A model generated the notes under the pieces. The model was not told the DNA's origin. It did not search any database and saw nothing but the letters and a program-made list of their open reading frames with translations. A DNA stretch of 63,019 nt, counting the filler, from Chrysochromulina tobinii (lineage: Eukaryota): assembly GCA_001275005.1 (NCBI GenBank). It is 6 parts of 6 records of this genome, joined end to end, with 100 filler letters (N's around TTAATTAATTAA, not from the genome) between each part and the next. Parts side by side here need not be neighbours in the genome. Positions count along the whole stretch, not along the records: positions 33,902 to 54,467 come from JWZX01001010.1; 5 more parts are not named here. The stretch is one strand, 5' to 3'. This document shows positions 34,232 through 45,212 of the stretch, in pieces. Every line of letters starts with the position of its first letter. Positions within the stretch are counted from its first letter, which is position 1. The position numbers and the translations under genes are program-made.

Positions 34232-36369
34232 ATGACCAGCGCGCGCGACCTCAGTCGCCAGCGTCGAGTGCTGGAAGAGAAGACGCAGATGATCCGGCAG
34301 GAATTTGCAGAGGGCGATAAGGAGTCCAACCTGGCACTTGTACTGATTCGAAGCTCGAGCTCGGCAGCTTCTCGCGCACACACACATTACACGCGCATGC
34401 TGATTAGCCGCGCACCTTGAGTCTCGCTTTCGCAGGACTTTGAAGAATTTCTCGCCATGCAACCGAAAGGCATTCGCGAACAACACAGTGCCGAGAAAAT
34501 CATGGAGTGGTTCAAGGCTGCAGACTCGGACGGTGATGACAAGCGTGCGTGAAAGAAGTTTCGAACTATAGCACGTCAGTAGCGCTCCTTTCATCCTGCT
34601 GACCCTTGGCTTGGTGCTCGCGCTGCGCCGGAGCAGTCTCGATCATGGAATTCTTCAAATACTCCATAGGGCCTGCCTCGCTGGAACACGGCTCCGCGGC
34701 GCTCGATGGCGTCTTCAAGCAGTTTGACAAGGACGGGGATGGTTCGCTCGATTTCAAAGAACTGTCAGATGCCGCCGACACGATTGGTATGGGCGGATTG
34801 GCGAACGACATCTTGAATGCCTTTATGCAAACCGATCGTGACCGGTCTGGCGGGATCACGTACGGCGAGATGCTCGAGGAGCTGCGCCGAGCGTCGCGGG
34901 CCGATTCGCGCACCATTTTGCTGCTGACGACGCTCATCTGGGGCTCGGAGAGCTCGAAGCCGGAGCAGTCATGCAAGGTGCTCGAGCTCGCCAAGACGTG
35001 GCGGATCAAGTCGCGTGACGCCCCGGCCCTGCACGCTGAGTTGCAGGAGCTCCTGCGCGACACCGGTTGCCACGTGGCAGATCTGCTTGCGCTCTTTGAT
35101 CACGACGCACTGGTCGCCCGTTCAGTGGATGATGTGGAGTTCTTGGCAGGGCTCAAGTCCTTCGGCTACAAAGGCTCAGCAAAGGTGGCCTCCGATGTCT
35201 TCAAGATGATCGATAAGTCCGGCGACGGCCAGATTGGATTTGATGAGCTCTTCGAATTCATACGTGGCCGACGCCACTGCCTGGACCGACGCAACGTGCA
35301 GGTGCGCCAGATGAGGCTGCAGCCGCCGCCCGGGGTGAGCTCACTTGAGAACGTGGTATGGGACGTGGAGACGCTGCGCATCCTGCTGCAGCAGATGCTT
35401 GCGCGGTACGGCGTGAGCATTGGCGAGCTCATGAGCTCATGGGACCGAAACGGCGACTTTACTGTGCAAAGGCTCGAGTTCCTCGATGGCGTGCGAGGGT
35501 TCTGCTCCGAGTACGAGCGCGTGCAGCTGTGGGAACGAGAGGTAGCCAAGGTGGCTATGGAGGCATTCACGCGGATCAACGCGAGTCCTCGAGGACGGAG
35601 TGACGCGATGAGCAGACACCGCGCAGACGTGCTCAACGAAGCCATCGAGTGCAGTGAACTTGGGCGTTGGCTCGAAAGGCCGACCCTACGGCCACACTCT
35701 ACGCAGGTGATCACCAAACGGAGAGAACCCACGGCACATAGGGCGCCAGAGAGGAGGAGAACAGAATCCACATTGACCCATCTCTCATCACGCCACGCGT
35801 CAGGCCGGCCCGTGAGCCCGCCTGGCTCCGGCGACGCGCTGACACGATTCGGCCGTCCGGACTGGAGGGAGCAACTTTCGCCGCGGTCGCCGCGGTCGCC
35901 GCTGCCACCGCTGAAGCCCTCGCCAAACTTTCGCCCATGGAGTCCCTCTCTAAATGTGCCTTGGTCGAGGCCGATGACGTCGAGGCCGATGACGACTCCA
36001 TCCTTGGCCTCGGCGCGCGTCAGCTCGACACAGCGCGTCAGCTCGCCCCGTCGGGATGACTTGAGCGCCGTGTCGAGCAGCATGGGGCTGGCGGCCGGGG
36101 GAGTCGGGGCGATTGTAAAGGGACTGCCAACCGGTGGGGCTGGGGCATACGTAAAGCCTGGCTTGTCGCCCGAAGAACAGACTCACATGGAGCTACTGGT
36201 CAACAATGAAACGGAGTACGCACTCATGCGTCAACGCCTCTTAGTCGGCAACGTGCTCGGCGAGCTCGACTGGCCCGATGCCGAAAGGTCCTCAGCTCTG
36301 ATTTCGCAAGCGGCAGCTCTGGCAAGCGTCAGCGCAAGAGGTGTTTCTCAGTCCTCGGGCAAGTGGTGA
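34232..36369 (+). CDS. Multi-EF-hand calcium-binding protein; 3 exons (34232-34339, 34436-34544, 34637-36369)
   Basis: Introns at 34340-34435 and 34545-34636 restore the loops DKESNLALDFEEF and DSDGDDKLSIMEF. Further loops: DKDGDGSLDFKE, DRDRSGGITYGE, DKSGDGQIGFDE. Confidence 0.85.
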
Positions 36370-36565
36370 GCCTGCATGTGAGCCTGACGGCGGTGCATTA
36401 TTCCGTTTGGAGAGCAGAAAAAAACCGTGTGCTCTCTTGTTATAATGAAAACAAGGTTGGTCTTCGATCTTAGATTCACAGCCGAAAAGCGAAAGACAAG
36501 CCTTTCACGAGCTGTGCTTTCTCGTCGGACATGTTCGTGGGCAATCGTGTACTCGCGCTGCTCAC

Positions 36566-37738
36566 ATGCGACTACTAAATTCTATCGCCAACGCGCACGC
36601 CAAGGGCGTTATCTCCGTCGCGGCATGTGGCTCGATCATCGCCAGTGGTGGCTATGACGGCAACCTTCGTTTATGGACTCTCGAGAAGCAATCTCTGAGA
36701 TTATTACACGAGGTTGATGTGGATGTTGCCGCTGATTCAGCGGGCCCCATTTTCTCCGTGGCCCTCGAAGCGCTCGAAGATGGCCACTTGATGCTTGCGG
36801 CTGGCAGCTATTGCCGCCGGCTGCGAGTGTGGCACTGCGACTCGATTAGCGCCTCACCGCAACTCCGATGGCATAGCACCCAGCACACCGGTTGGGTGCG
36901 GGCACTCGCATTGGATTCTCGGCAAGGCTCGCCACCTGCCCTCTATTCCATCGGGTGTAACTTTGTCCTGGGGTGGTCGCTGCCGAAAGTGTCGCCGTCG
37001 GGCGCGCCGTGCACCAGAGACGGTCAGATCGCGATCTACGAGGATGAGCAGCATGTGTTCAGCCACGACGTGCTGTGCCTCGCCCATGGGAACGCCGAGG
37101 AAGCCCTCGCCGCCGGAAGTGTGGACGGCGCCCTGCGTATATGGAGTACGCGCGAGCTGCATGGCGGACCTGCCGAGCTGCCCGAGCGTCGAGCGACGCA
37201 TTGGATAGGGCACAAAGGCCGTGTAGCCGCCGTCACGTGGCTCGACGGACAGCTGCTGAGCGCTGGCTACGACGGCTGGGTGCGCGCGTGGCGACGGCCG
37301 GAGCCGCGTCACGGCACGATGGCGAGCCCCGAGATGAGGCCCGACATGAACCCCGATGAGATGAGCCCCGAGATCCCATGGGAGCTGGGCGGAGCTCTGC
37401 GTGTCGTCACCACCGAAGGCGGCCGTGCGCTGAGCCTCACGAGTGCTGCCGGCGGCTTAGCGATCTGCACGACGAGTGACGGCGAGGTGCTGCTCCTTCG
37501 GGGGAGCGTGCAAGGGCCAACTACGGCGCCTCAGGGCGGCCCAGCGGGGGCCCTGGGGAGCCGCATCGAGTGCGTGGACCGTCTGCGGCTCGGCGCGAAG
37601 GAGGGCGAGACCACGCGACGTGCGACCAGCGCGGCGAGTGTCTCGGGCGAAGGACATGGCAAAGGCGCGGACGATGGGAAGCTGCTGATCGTTGTGGGTG
37701 ACTCGGAGGGCGCGTTGCATGTCGTGAGTGCTGCGTGA
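36566..37738 (+). CDS. WD40-repeat protein
   Basis: ASGGYDGNLRLW, HTGWVRAL, AAGSVDGALRIW, GHKGRV, LSAGYDGWVRAW. Confidence 0.88.
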   Translation: MRLLNSIANAHAKGVISVAACGSIIASGGYDGNLRLWTLEKQSLRLLHEVDVDVAADSAGPIFSVALEALEDGHLMLAAGSYCRRLRVWHCDSISASPQLRWHSTQHTGWVRALALDSRQGSPPALYSIGCNFVLGWSLPKVSPSGAPCTRDGQIAIYEDEQHVFSHDVLCLAHGNAEEALAAGSVDGALRIWSTRELHGGPAELPERRATHWIGHKGRVAAVTWLDGQLLSAGYDGWVRAWRRPEPRHGTMASPEMRPDMNPDEMSPEIPWELGGALRVVTTEGGRALSLTSAAGGLAICTTSDGEVLLLRGSVQGPTTAPQGGPAGALGSRIECVDRLRLGAKEGETTRRATSAASVSGEGHGKGADDGKLLIVVGDSEGALHVVSAA

Positions 37739-38117
37739 GCGCTGTGGGTGGTTGACAGAGCTCATCACAGAGCGGAGCTCATCGCGCGATATGTGATGCG
37801 ATGTAGAGAAGGCTTTCGACCTCGAACCAGGGTCGACACGCGGCGACGACACTCCTCGACCGGACGAGACCGGCGCGAAGCCGGAGGCGCTCTCGATTTT
37901 TTCTAGTAAGCTTAATTGGAAAGCACTTATAATGGTGCTTTAAGCCGAAATGCGAACGATTTACACGACATACTATAGTCGGAGCTCGGACAGATACGGG
38001 CATGGATACGGGGCTTAAGTTAATACGGCTTTATACACCTGCAATATTCTACGCCACCGAGGGCGCCGAACGCACAAACGTGAGACGAGCCAGAGCGCAC
38101 CCTCCCCCCCCGCGCCC

Positions 38118-38165
38118 CACGCGATTAACATGCCTCACGCGATTAACATGCCTCACGCGATTAAC
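38118..38165 (+). repeat. 18-bp tandem repeat x2.7 (CACGCGATTAACATGCCT)
   Basis: Read directly from the sequence. Confidence 0.85.
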
Positions 38166-38173
38166 CTCGGCGT

Positions 38174-40357
38174 TCATAAGTGTGCGTTTACTCGTTGCAC
38201 CCTCTTCAAAACTTCCATTTTGCGCACGTTCAGCATGGCGGCGGTCTCCAGGGGAGGTGCAGCACGGTGTTCGTACTGCTGCTTGAGCTCAGAGACGCGT
38301 GCGCCCAGCTTGCAGGCGGCGAGTGGAGTGGCAACCCTAGCCGCACCCTGCGAAGGTGTAGGGCACTGCCGTGCTGAGGAGGGCTGCTCCGGCCATGCTA
38401 GGCGCACCCCAGCCGTCGGGCCCTCCAGCTTATTCGGCGGCCGTGCCGTTGGCTTCGCGGCGCCAGGCCTGGGCACTCGACGATTGAGCGTCTGACGTTG
38501 TTGGGCAGTAGGGTTGCGCGTGGGCCCTTCCAAGCGACGCTTCTCGAGCGAAGACTTGAACGAATCGATGATCTTCTGCGCCGCCGCAGCTCGTACTTGG
38601 TCTGGAGTTGCCGCGGGCGCGGGCATGTGACGCGCTCGCTGCATCGCTCGCACCTTGTCAAAGTGCTGGCGGGCAAGTACAGCTGCCCGTTCAGCGGCTG
38701 CCGCTCCGGGTTGAACGAGTGGCGTCGAAGGGACGCCTTGCATGCGCGCATTCCCAGTTACGGGCTGGCGGGCAGCAGCGAATGCAGAAGAAGGTCGCAC
38801 CGCTGGAGCTGGCGGCGGCGCCCGGTTATGCGGCAGGATGGCAGCAGCACGCACCGGCCAAGGCACAGGCGCAAGCGGGACGCCCCCCGCCCCCGAGTGC
38901 AGTACTGGGGCTGGCACTGGGGCTGACACCGGGGCAGACACCGGGGCAGATGGCATCCTCTGAGCTGGCTGAGGCTGAACTTGAGCGCGGGCCGACGGAT
39001 TGGCGGCACGGGGTGGCTTTGCACGATCTACATTCGGAGCTTGAGGAGTTCCCCAGCCTCCTGGTGGTTTAGGAGTGATGTCTGCTCGTTCGGGGTGGGC
39101 GAAGGCATCGCTCACTCGATCCATCCTCGCCATCATGGCGGCTCTGGCATCAGCACAACCCTGGCGCACAGCATGAGCAGCCTCGAAGGCTGCACGTCGA
39201 GCGTAGGCCGCGGCAGCAGCATTGGCCTCTCCTCTCCCGCCCTCACCGTCCACGTCGTCTGGCGTCTCTCTGAGCATGAGGGTCTCGTCAACGGCCGCGT
39301 CGGCAACTGCTCCGCCCTCGATCAAATTTACAGTTGCAAGCTGAGCAGCTTCACCCGACTCTGCACCTTTGCTCGACAGAACCAGCCCTCGGCCAAGCGA
39401 GCGTCGGAAGGAGCGTTGAATCGCGTGTGCAGCCACATGAGCATCGGCACCGAGGGCTAGCCCAGCCGCTGGCGTCGGTGGTACTCGATTTGCAGACAGG
39501 TGGCGACGCATCACGGGCCACGAGAGGACAGACGCACACGACGGTCGCTTCGACGGGTCGCGGGTGACGAGCGCACTCAGCAGCGCGCACAGCTCCATAG
39601 AGTAGTGAGCACGCGCCCTGTCCGTGTTCAGCCGTTGAGCACTGATGACGCGCATGACGCCGGCCACGCCGTCGGCGGCGTCACGATGTCCGAGCTGCGC
39701 CATCCACGGCGGGGTGAGGCTCATCAGCTCGTAGAGGATACAGCCAATGGCCCACGAGTCAGCGGCCTGCGAGTATGGCTCGCCCTTGACCATCTCAGGA
39801 GACATGTACAGCGGCGAGCCACATTGTGTCTGTGCCAGTGCATTCGAGATGGGCAGGACCTTCGAGATGCCAAAATCGCCAATCTTGATGCTGCCCGCTG
39901 CAGAGAGAAAGATGTTGGCGGGCTTCAGATCGCGATGGAGGAGCTTGAGGTCATGGTGGCAGTAGGCGAGGCCGAGGCACATTTGATGCAGCATGCTGAG
40001 GAGCTCGGCCTCCGAGAAGCGGGCGCCCATCTTCTTTCGACGTGAGATCAGCCCTGCAAGATCGCCTCCGCTCGCCCACTCCATTATAATGCACAGCTTC
40101 GGATCGCGTCCTTCGACGACAAAAGAGTCGACGTACGAAATGACGTGATCATGATGAAGCCTTTGTAGCACCCGTACCTCGTTCTTGGTGTTGCGGATCT
40201 CTCCGGATGGCATGCCTCGCAGTGAGACCTCCTTCATCACAAAACATTCGCCCGTCGCTGTCCTAGCGACCAGGAAGACGACGCCGAAGGTGCCGCGGCC
40301 GAGCTCCTTGAGCTTAGTGTATGAAAAGCGTTTGCATTCTTGCGCGTGCGCGCTCAT
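38174..40357 (-). CDS. NEK (NIMA-related) kinase with an IQ-like motif
   Basis: LGRGTFG, VMKE, HRDLKPANIFL, KIGDFGISK, GSPLYMSPE, DSWAIGC; AAHAIQRSFRR. Confidence 0.9.
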   Translation of the reverse strand: MSAHAQECKRFSYTKLKELGRGTFGVVFLVARTATGECFVMKEVSLRGMPSGEIRNTKNEVRVLQRLHHDHVISYVDSFVVEGRDPKLCIIMEWASGGDLAGLISRRKKMGARFSEAELLSMLHQMCLGLAYCHHDLKLLHRDLKPANIFLSAAGSIKIGDFGISKVLPISNALAQTQCGSPLYMSPEMVKGEPYSQAADSWAIGCILYELMSLTPPWMAQLGHRDAADGVAGVMRVISAQRLNTDRARAHYSMELCALLSALVTRDPSKRPSCASVLSWPVMRRHLSANRVPPTPAAGLALGADAHVAAHAIQRSFRRSLGRGLVLSSKGAESGEAAQLATVNLIEGGAVADAAVDETLMLRETPDDVDGEGGRGEANAAAAAYARRAAFEAAHAVRQGCADARAAMMARMDRVSDAFAHPERADITPKPPGGWGTPQAPNVDRAKPPRAANPSARAQVQPQPAQRMPSAPVSAPVSAPVPAPVLHSGAGGVPLAPVPWPVRAAAILPHNRAPPPAPAVRPSSAFAAARQPVTGNARMQGVPSTPLVQPGAAAAERAAVLARQHFDKVRAMQRARHMPAPAATPDQVRAAAAQKIIDSFKSSLEKRRLEGPTRNPTAQQRQTLNRRVPRPGAAKPTARPPNKLEGPTAGVRLAWPEQPSSARQCPTPSQGAARVATPLAACKLGARVSELKQQYEHRAAPPLETAAMLNVRKMEVLKRVQRVNAHL

Positions 40358-40633
40358 GGTGGCACGGACGAGCAGAAGAGGAGGTGAGTGCAATGCGACA
40401 GGATGATCCAGTCTGTGTCTCACTGACGCGCTTGACTGGTTGGTTCCACGGTTTTTGACTTCGTCGGCGTTGCCTTTTTGGGTTAGTTTGGAGACTTTTG
40501 CCGCTCAACGGGCGTGTGCCGACTCGGATTTGGGCAATTTTGCACTTCAGTTATACATACAATTTCAAGGGCTGGGCGGTACGTTGGATGTTGCTTTCAC
40601 AGCCAAGGGCCCGCGGGTGGCGGGATGCGCTTT

Positions 40634-41581
40634 TCAAGCGGCCACCACGAATCCTGGAGCCCATCGGATCTCATGTGTAACCTGCGTGCCGCCCTTTTCG
40701 AATCGTGTAATGCTCGTCGCCGGCACGCCGCATCGACGCAGATAGGCGAGCACAGCCATGACCTCAAAGTCGTTTTTGGGTTCGTCACCACGCAGCTGAA
40801 GCACCTGTGCACCCCAAAGCGTCGCGGGCGCGACGAGCGTCCATGCCACACCGGCGCCGCTGGCTAGGGGCGTCACCGTCGAGGTGAGTGCGAACTCGTT
40901 GAGCGTGAAGATATCGGCCACGCGCTGGCAGCCCTCGACAAGCACCGGCGCTCGGGGCAACGCGCTGCTGGTGGGCGGGATCACGGGTCGCAGCACGCCA
41001 TCGTACCGCTCAAGCATCCAGTTGAGCAATCGGTCCCCGACGCGGATCGAGTGCGCTTCGGGCAGCAGCTCGTTTCTTTGCGGCAGTGTCGGGGCGCGGC
41101 TCACGATCACCGACGTGCCGTTCGCGTCGATCAGCTCTTCAAAGATCATGCGGCCCCGTCGCATGCCACTCGCTATCGACGCGTACTGGCAAAAGCTGAT
41201 GAAGTCAAAGTAGGCGGGGTCGGTTAGATCGCCCTGCATGACGGGCAGCTTCTCGCGGTAGGTGTCCCACTCTCGCTGCCGAAAGAGGAATTGCTCCTTT
41301 TGAAACTCGTCCATTGGCATGAAGTCGAGCTCGTCGGCGACGGCGTAAGACGTCCGCATCAGTAGTACCGCAAAATCTTGCTCGAGCCGGCGGCGAGGAA
41401 GAGCGCGAATTTTGGGTCGCATGGAAGCTTCGATCATCTCTCGCGCCCGTGAGCCAACTGGAAGCGAAGTCAGCGAGAAAGATTCAGCATCAGCTGGTTG
41501 GGGTGGAATCGTCGGTGACATGAGCGTGGCCGCGACGATGGTCATTGCACGTCGGGACAGCATACACGATGGAGGCTTCAT
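40634..41581 (-). CDS. Conserved algal hypothetical protein, possibly plastid/thylakoid-lumen targeted
   Basis: SRR..hydrophobic..PADA presequence; FAVLLMRTSY..DELDF, QGDLTDPAYFDFISFCQY. The true 5' end may lie further upstream. Confidence 0.6.
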   Translation of the reverse strand: MKPPSCMLSRRAMTIVAATLMSPTIPPQPADAESFSLTSLPVGSRAREMIEASMRPKIRALPRRRLEQDFAVLLMRTSYAVADELDFMPMDEFQKEQFLFRQREWDTYREKLPVMQGDLTDPAYFDFISFCQYASIASGMRRGRMIFEELIDANGTSVIVSRAPTLPQRNELLPEAHSIRVGDRLLNWMLERYDGVLRPVIPPTSSALPRAPVLVEGCQRVADIFTLNEFALTSTVTPLASGAGVAWTLVAPATLWGAQVLQLRGDEPKNDFEVMAVLAYLRRCGVPATSITRFEKGGTQVTHEIRWAPGFVVAA

Positions 41582-42099
41582 GTTACTGAGGCGCTTGCGT
41601 CAAGCTCACCGCGCACGTCGATCTGAACCGCCCTGGTCATGCCTGGTCGGTGTGTACAGGAAAGTTCACAGTGGCTGTGAATGAGCAGGGCGCGCGCGCC
41701 TGAAGCTTGCCATACGTAACCAGTACCCCAGAGTGAACAGTAGTATTCAGTAGGGAACCGAACATCATCCGTTGAACGAGCCACGGACAGTCGGACACTC
41801 TAACTCAGCGCCCCAGGGCGGAAGTGCAAGTGGCAATTGAACTACGGCTTACAGTCAAATTGAGGAATCCGGTACCTTTCTCCCCCTTACTTGAAGGAGT
41901 TGGTTCTAGAGCCTAGGCTTATCATCACACGGCAGACCACGCGTGCTCGGTTGGTACATATGTACATCACCATCTCGAGCTCCAGCTTTTCGTCGAATCA
42001 AGGATTTCCTTCACGAACGAATCGAGCCGATTGCGATTTTCCTTGACATCGCGCAGCCTGGTGTTGTGGTCACTGAATTCCTTGTAGACCACAGGCAGC

Positions 42100-44421
42100 C
42101 TAGCGTTTCGTGCCCCTATTTGCCTGTCCTTGGCAACCTCGCGGTGTGCAGGGCCTCTTGGTCTCCTCTTCGGCCTTGAAAATCAGCGCGTTGATTCTCT
42201 CGCGCGCTCGCACCATCTCGATCTTCCTGCCTGGAACTTCCTGTTCTTCTTTGATCATCTTTGATGCGAACGTGGCCGCGTCAGGTGCGGATTGGGGTCT
42301 AGGCGTGCCTGGGCCGCGCGGCCATTGTGGGAGGAGCTCCCATCTCGATGGGTCGCCCTGATATGTGTAGGGCGGCAAGCGCCGCACACGAAGCGATTGA
42401 CCCCCCGGCGTAGCGGGTGGACCCTCACCTGCATAGCGGAACGCTACGGGCGTAGTGGCGGAACTCTCGTCGCGTGTAAAATGACCCCTGGCGCGCTTCA
42501 CAAAGCGACCGAATTCGACGAGCTGCACGGTATCCGAGTCGTCCTCATCGATAGCACACCACAGCATCTTCAACTGCGTCTCTGCAAACTCCTTCTTCGT
42601 GATCCCAAACTTGCTGCGCACAACTCGCTGGAGCTCGTCGTACGTCAGCAGGCCCGCGCTGTCGCTGTCCACTGATCGGAACAACCTCAGCCACGCGGTT
42701 GTCACGTCAGCGGGATCGTGCGCAGCAAGCCACTTGCAAAAGACCACGGCAAGGTCCCTCTTTGCGTCGTCATTTAGCGGCGGATGGCCCGCGGCCTCGA
42801 GCTCGGCGCGCATCTTCCAGGTTTGCACCGTGCTCTTGTGGCGATCGAGCAGCTTTTCGCGCTCTACATACGCCTCATACTGAGCAAACTGATTGCGGGC
42901 CCTATTTTGCAGAAGCTGCTGGCGCTTATCGAGCGTGACAGTGGACTCCACTTCGCGCTGCATGAAGCTCTGGAACTCGCCCTGCTCTATGTACCCAGAG
43001 TCGTCGCCGTCCAGCACGCACCACAGAGCCTTCAGGCTCACTGCAGACACCTCGTCGAGGCTCAACTTCAGACGCTGTCGAATGCCCTGCTCAAACTCGT
43101 CGTACGTCATCAGACCAGAGCAGTCGACGTCGACGTCCTTGAACAACCGGTTCCAGCCTTTGGCTCCAGCGCCCAGGATCGCCTCCATCTTCGTGTTGAA
43201 GAGGCGGCTGAGCGCTTTGACCTCATCACTCGTTGGTAACGCTTGTCCTGCAGCTTCAACTTCCTGCCGCAAGAAGGTGTTGTTCGAGCGCTCTTTGAGC
43301 TCCTCGACTGCTCTGGTGCTTCTGGTATTGTCGCGGTGCGCGTGGAACTCGCCAACGTCGCTAGTATGACGGAATTGCTTGGGCGCTTTGTGCTCAAAGA
43401 GTCCTTTGGCAAGCTTCATAAACCGGCCGAAGTCGAGCTGCGTGATGGAGTCGGCATCTTTCTCGTCGAGCGCGCACCACAGCACCTTGAGCTCATCGTC
43501 CGTGAAAGCCTGCTTCGAGACCTTGAGCTTGAGACGCACGACGTTCTTGAGCTGATCAAACGTGAGGAGACCGGAGTTGTCTTTGCCGACCTCGTTGAAC
43601 ACCCTCACCCATGCGATGCCCTGGTGAACGTCAGGCAGGTATGCAGCAACCCACCTCGAGAACTGCACGGCAAACTCCGTCATTTCTTCCTTGGTTGGCG
43701 GCAAGTGACCTTCATCTGCAAGCTCGGCGCGCATACGCCACGTTTGAACTGAGCCGATGAAGCCTTCAAGGTGAAGTTCGCGATCCGTGCGGGCCGCTTG
43801 CATCTCTCGCTCCTCCAGGGCCATTTGCCGCTGTCGCTTCTGATGATCGCTGAGGTTAATGCTCATCTCCTCCTCGCGCCCGATGAATCGTCGAAATTCC
43901 TTCTCTTCGACATAGCCTGAGTCATCATTGTCCAGCACGCACCACAGGGCTTTGAGCGCGACCTCGGGTAAAACATCTAGGCTTATCTTCAGCCGGTGCC
44001 GAATTGAGAGCTCAAGCTCCCTGAAGGTCAGCAGACCGCTCAAGTCATCGTCGAACTCTTTGAAGATGTCTGACCAGTTATTGTAGCGGCCAATCGCCTG
44101 ATCGATGTGGTCATTGATAAGCTGGCTGTACGCTCCGACTTTCGTCGCATCCGGAAGCTTATATTCTTTCGACTCGAGTGCTACGCGCATAGCCTCTGTG
44201 TCCACGGCGAAATCGGCCCGCTTTTTGCCTTTGTCTGCAGAGTTCTTTGGCTGCCACTCTGGCGCCGCTGGCGCTGCAACCTCCGTTACACGCTTCGAGG
44301 TCTCTTTCGCCGGATTTGTAGGCGTCTTGGCTGATCGAGCGCGGGGCGATCTGTGACTCGATGATGGTCTCGCTGGCGGCTGGGGGCGAGGCGTCATTTT
44401 GCGAGGCGAATCAGCCATCAT
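42100..44421 (-). CDS. EF-hand repeat protein (four tandem modules of paired EF-hands)
   Basis: The module F...D.D.SGLLT..EL...R..LK...LKALWC.LD.DDSGY....EF..F occurs four times. Confidence 0.88.
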   Translation of the reverse strand: MMADSPRKMTPRPQPPARPSSSHRSPRARSAKTPTNPAKETSKRVTEVAAPAAPEWQPKNSADKGKKRADFAVDTEAMRVALESKEYKLPDATKVGAYSQLINDHIDQAIGRYNNWSDIFKEFDDDLSGLLTFRELELSIRHRLKISLDVLPEVALKALWCVLDNDDSGYVEEKEFRRFIGREEEMSINLSDHQKRQRQMALEEREMQAARTDRELHLEGFIGSVQTWRMRAELADEGHLPPTKEEMTEFAVQFSRWVAAYLPDVHQGIAWVRVFNEVGKDNSGLLTFDQLKNVVRLKLKVSKQAFTDDELKVLWCALDEKDADSITQLDFGRFMKLAKGLFEHKAPKQFRHTSDVGEFHAHRDNTRSTRAVEELKERSNNTFLRQEVEAAGQALPTSDEVKALSRLFNTKMEAILGAGAKGWNRLFKDVDVDCSGLMTYDEFEQGIRQRLKLSLDEVSAVSLKALWCVLDGDDSGYIEQGEFQSFMQREVESTVTLDKRQQLLQNRARNQFAQYEAYVEREKLLDRHKSTVQTWKMRAELEAAGHPPLNDDAKRDLAVVFCKWLAAHDPADVTTAWLRLFRSVDSDSAGLLTYDELQRVVRSKFGITKKEFAETQLKMLWCAIDEDDSDTVQLVEFGRFVKRARGHFTRDESSATTPVAFRYAGEGPPATPGGQSLRVRRLPPYTYQGDPSRWELLPQWPRGPGTPRPQSAPDAATFASKMIKEEQEVPGRKIEMVRARERINALIFKAEEETKRPCTPRGCQGQANRGTKR

Positions 44422-44491
44422 TAGGTAGATTCTGTTCGATTTCTTCGGTTTCGGACAGCGAGGCTCAGGGCCCAGGCGCCGCGAATGCGAT

Positions 44492-44746
44492 GTGCGTTAC
44501 CGGTACCGGTAAAAAGACACCGGGTACCGGTAAAAAGACACCGGGGGGAGCCGGGACACACACGGGACACACGGGACACGCGGACACACGGGACACGCGG
44601 ACGCACAAAGGCACACGGACCACACAGACGAACCTCGCAACCATCCAAACCCACCAACAACACGCACCCCGCACGTCAGCGCGACGACCGAAGCCGCGGC
44701 CGACTCAACAGCCGCAGGCCCGGAGCCGACCGTGCGTTACCGGTAC
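44492..44746. mobile_element. ~225-bp SINE-like/non-autonomous insertion flanked by 15-bp direct repeats
   Basis: GTGCGTTACCGGTAC at 44492-44506 and 44732-44746. Internal GGGACACAC microrepeats and a 21-bp tandem duplication at 44502-44543. Confidence 0.65.
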
Positions 44747-45212
44747 AGGACGCGAAACCATCGCCACCTCTTACCCGGATTCGTCAAACGTCGGGACATG
44801 TCGGAACCGCCCAAAGCTACGCGGAAGTGAACGCAACGTGAAGGTGCCGTGCGATCACAAGGGACGGTATCCATCATGGAACCTTAAGGAACCAGACATG
44901 GGGATACAGAGTGAGCCAATTGGAGTGAGCCCAGTATGGAGTATGGGGATCTTTCCGCCGTTTTGGGGGACGAAGGGTCCCGTGGAAAGCCTGACTTAGG
45001 CAACCTGTGGGGAAACGGAATGAGAACCGCAAAGTTACGGAACGCTAGTACCGTACGAAGTACGCGCGACCGAAGTTTTCGACGGTTTCAGGCCTTTCAC
45101 GGTTACGAAACCGTCTCATGTCTCATGCAGAGTGAGAGTCGTTAGAGAGTCGGTTGTCTGTGGTGACTTAAGACTTAATTCTGAGAGCTTAGATACCGCT
45201 ACAAAATCTGCA

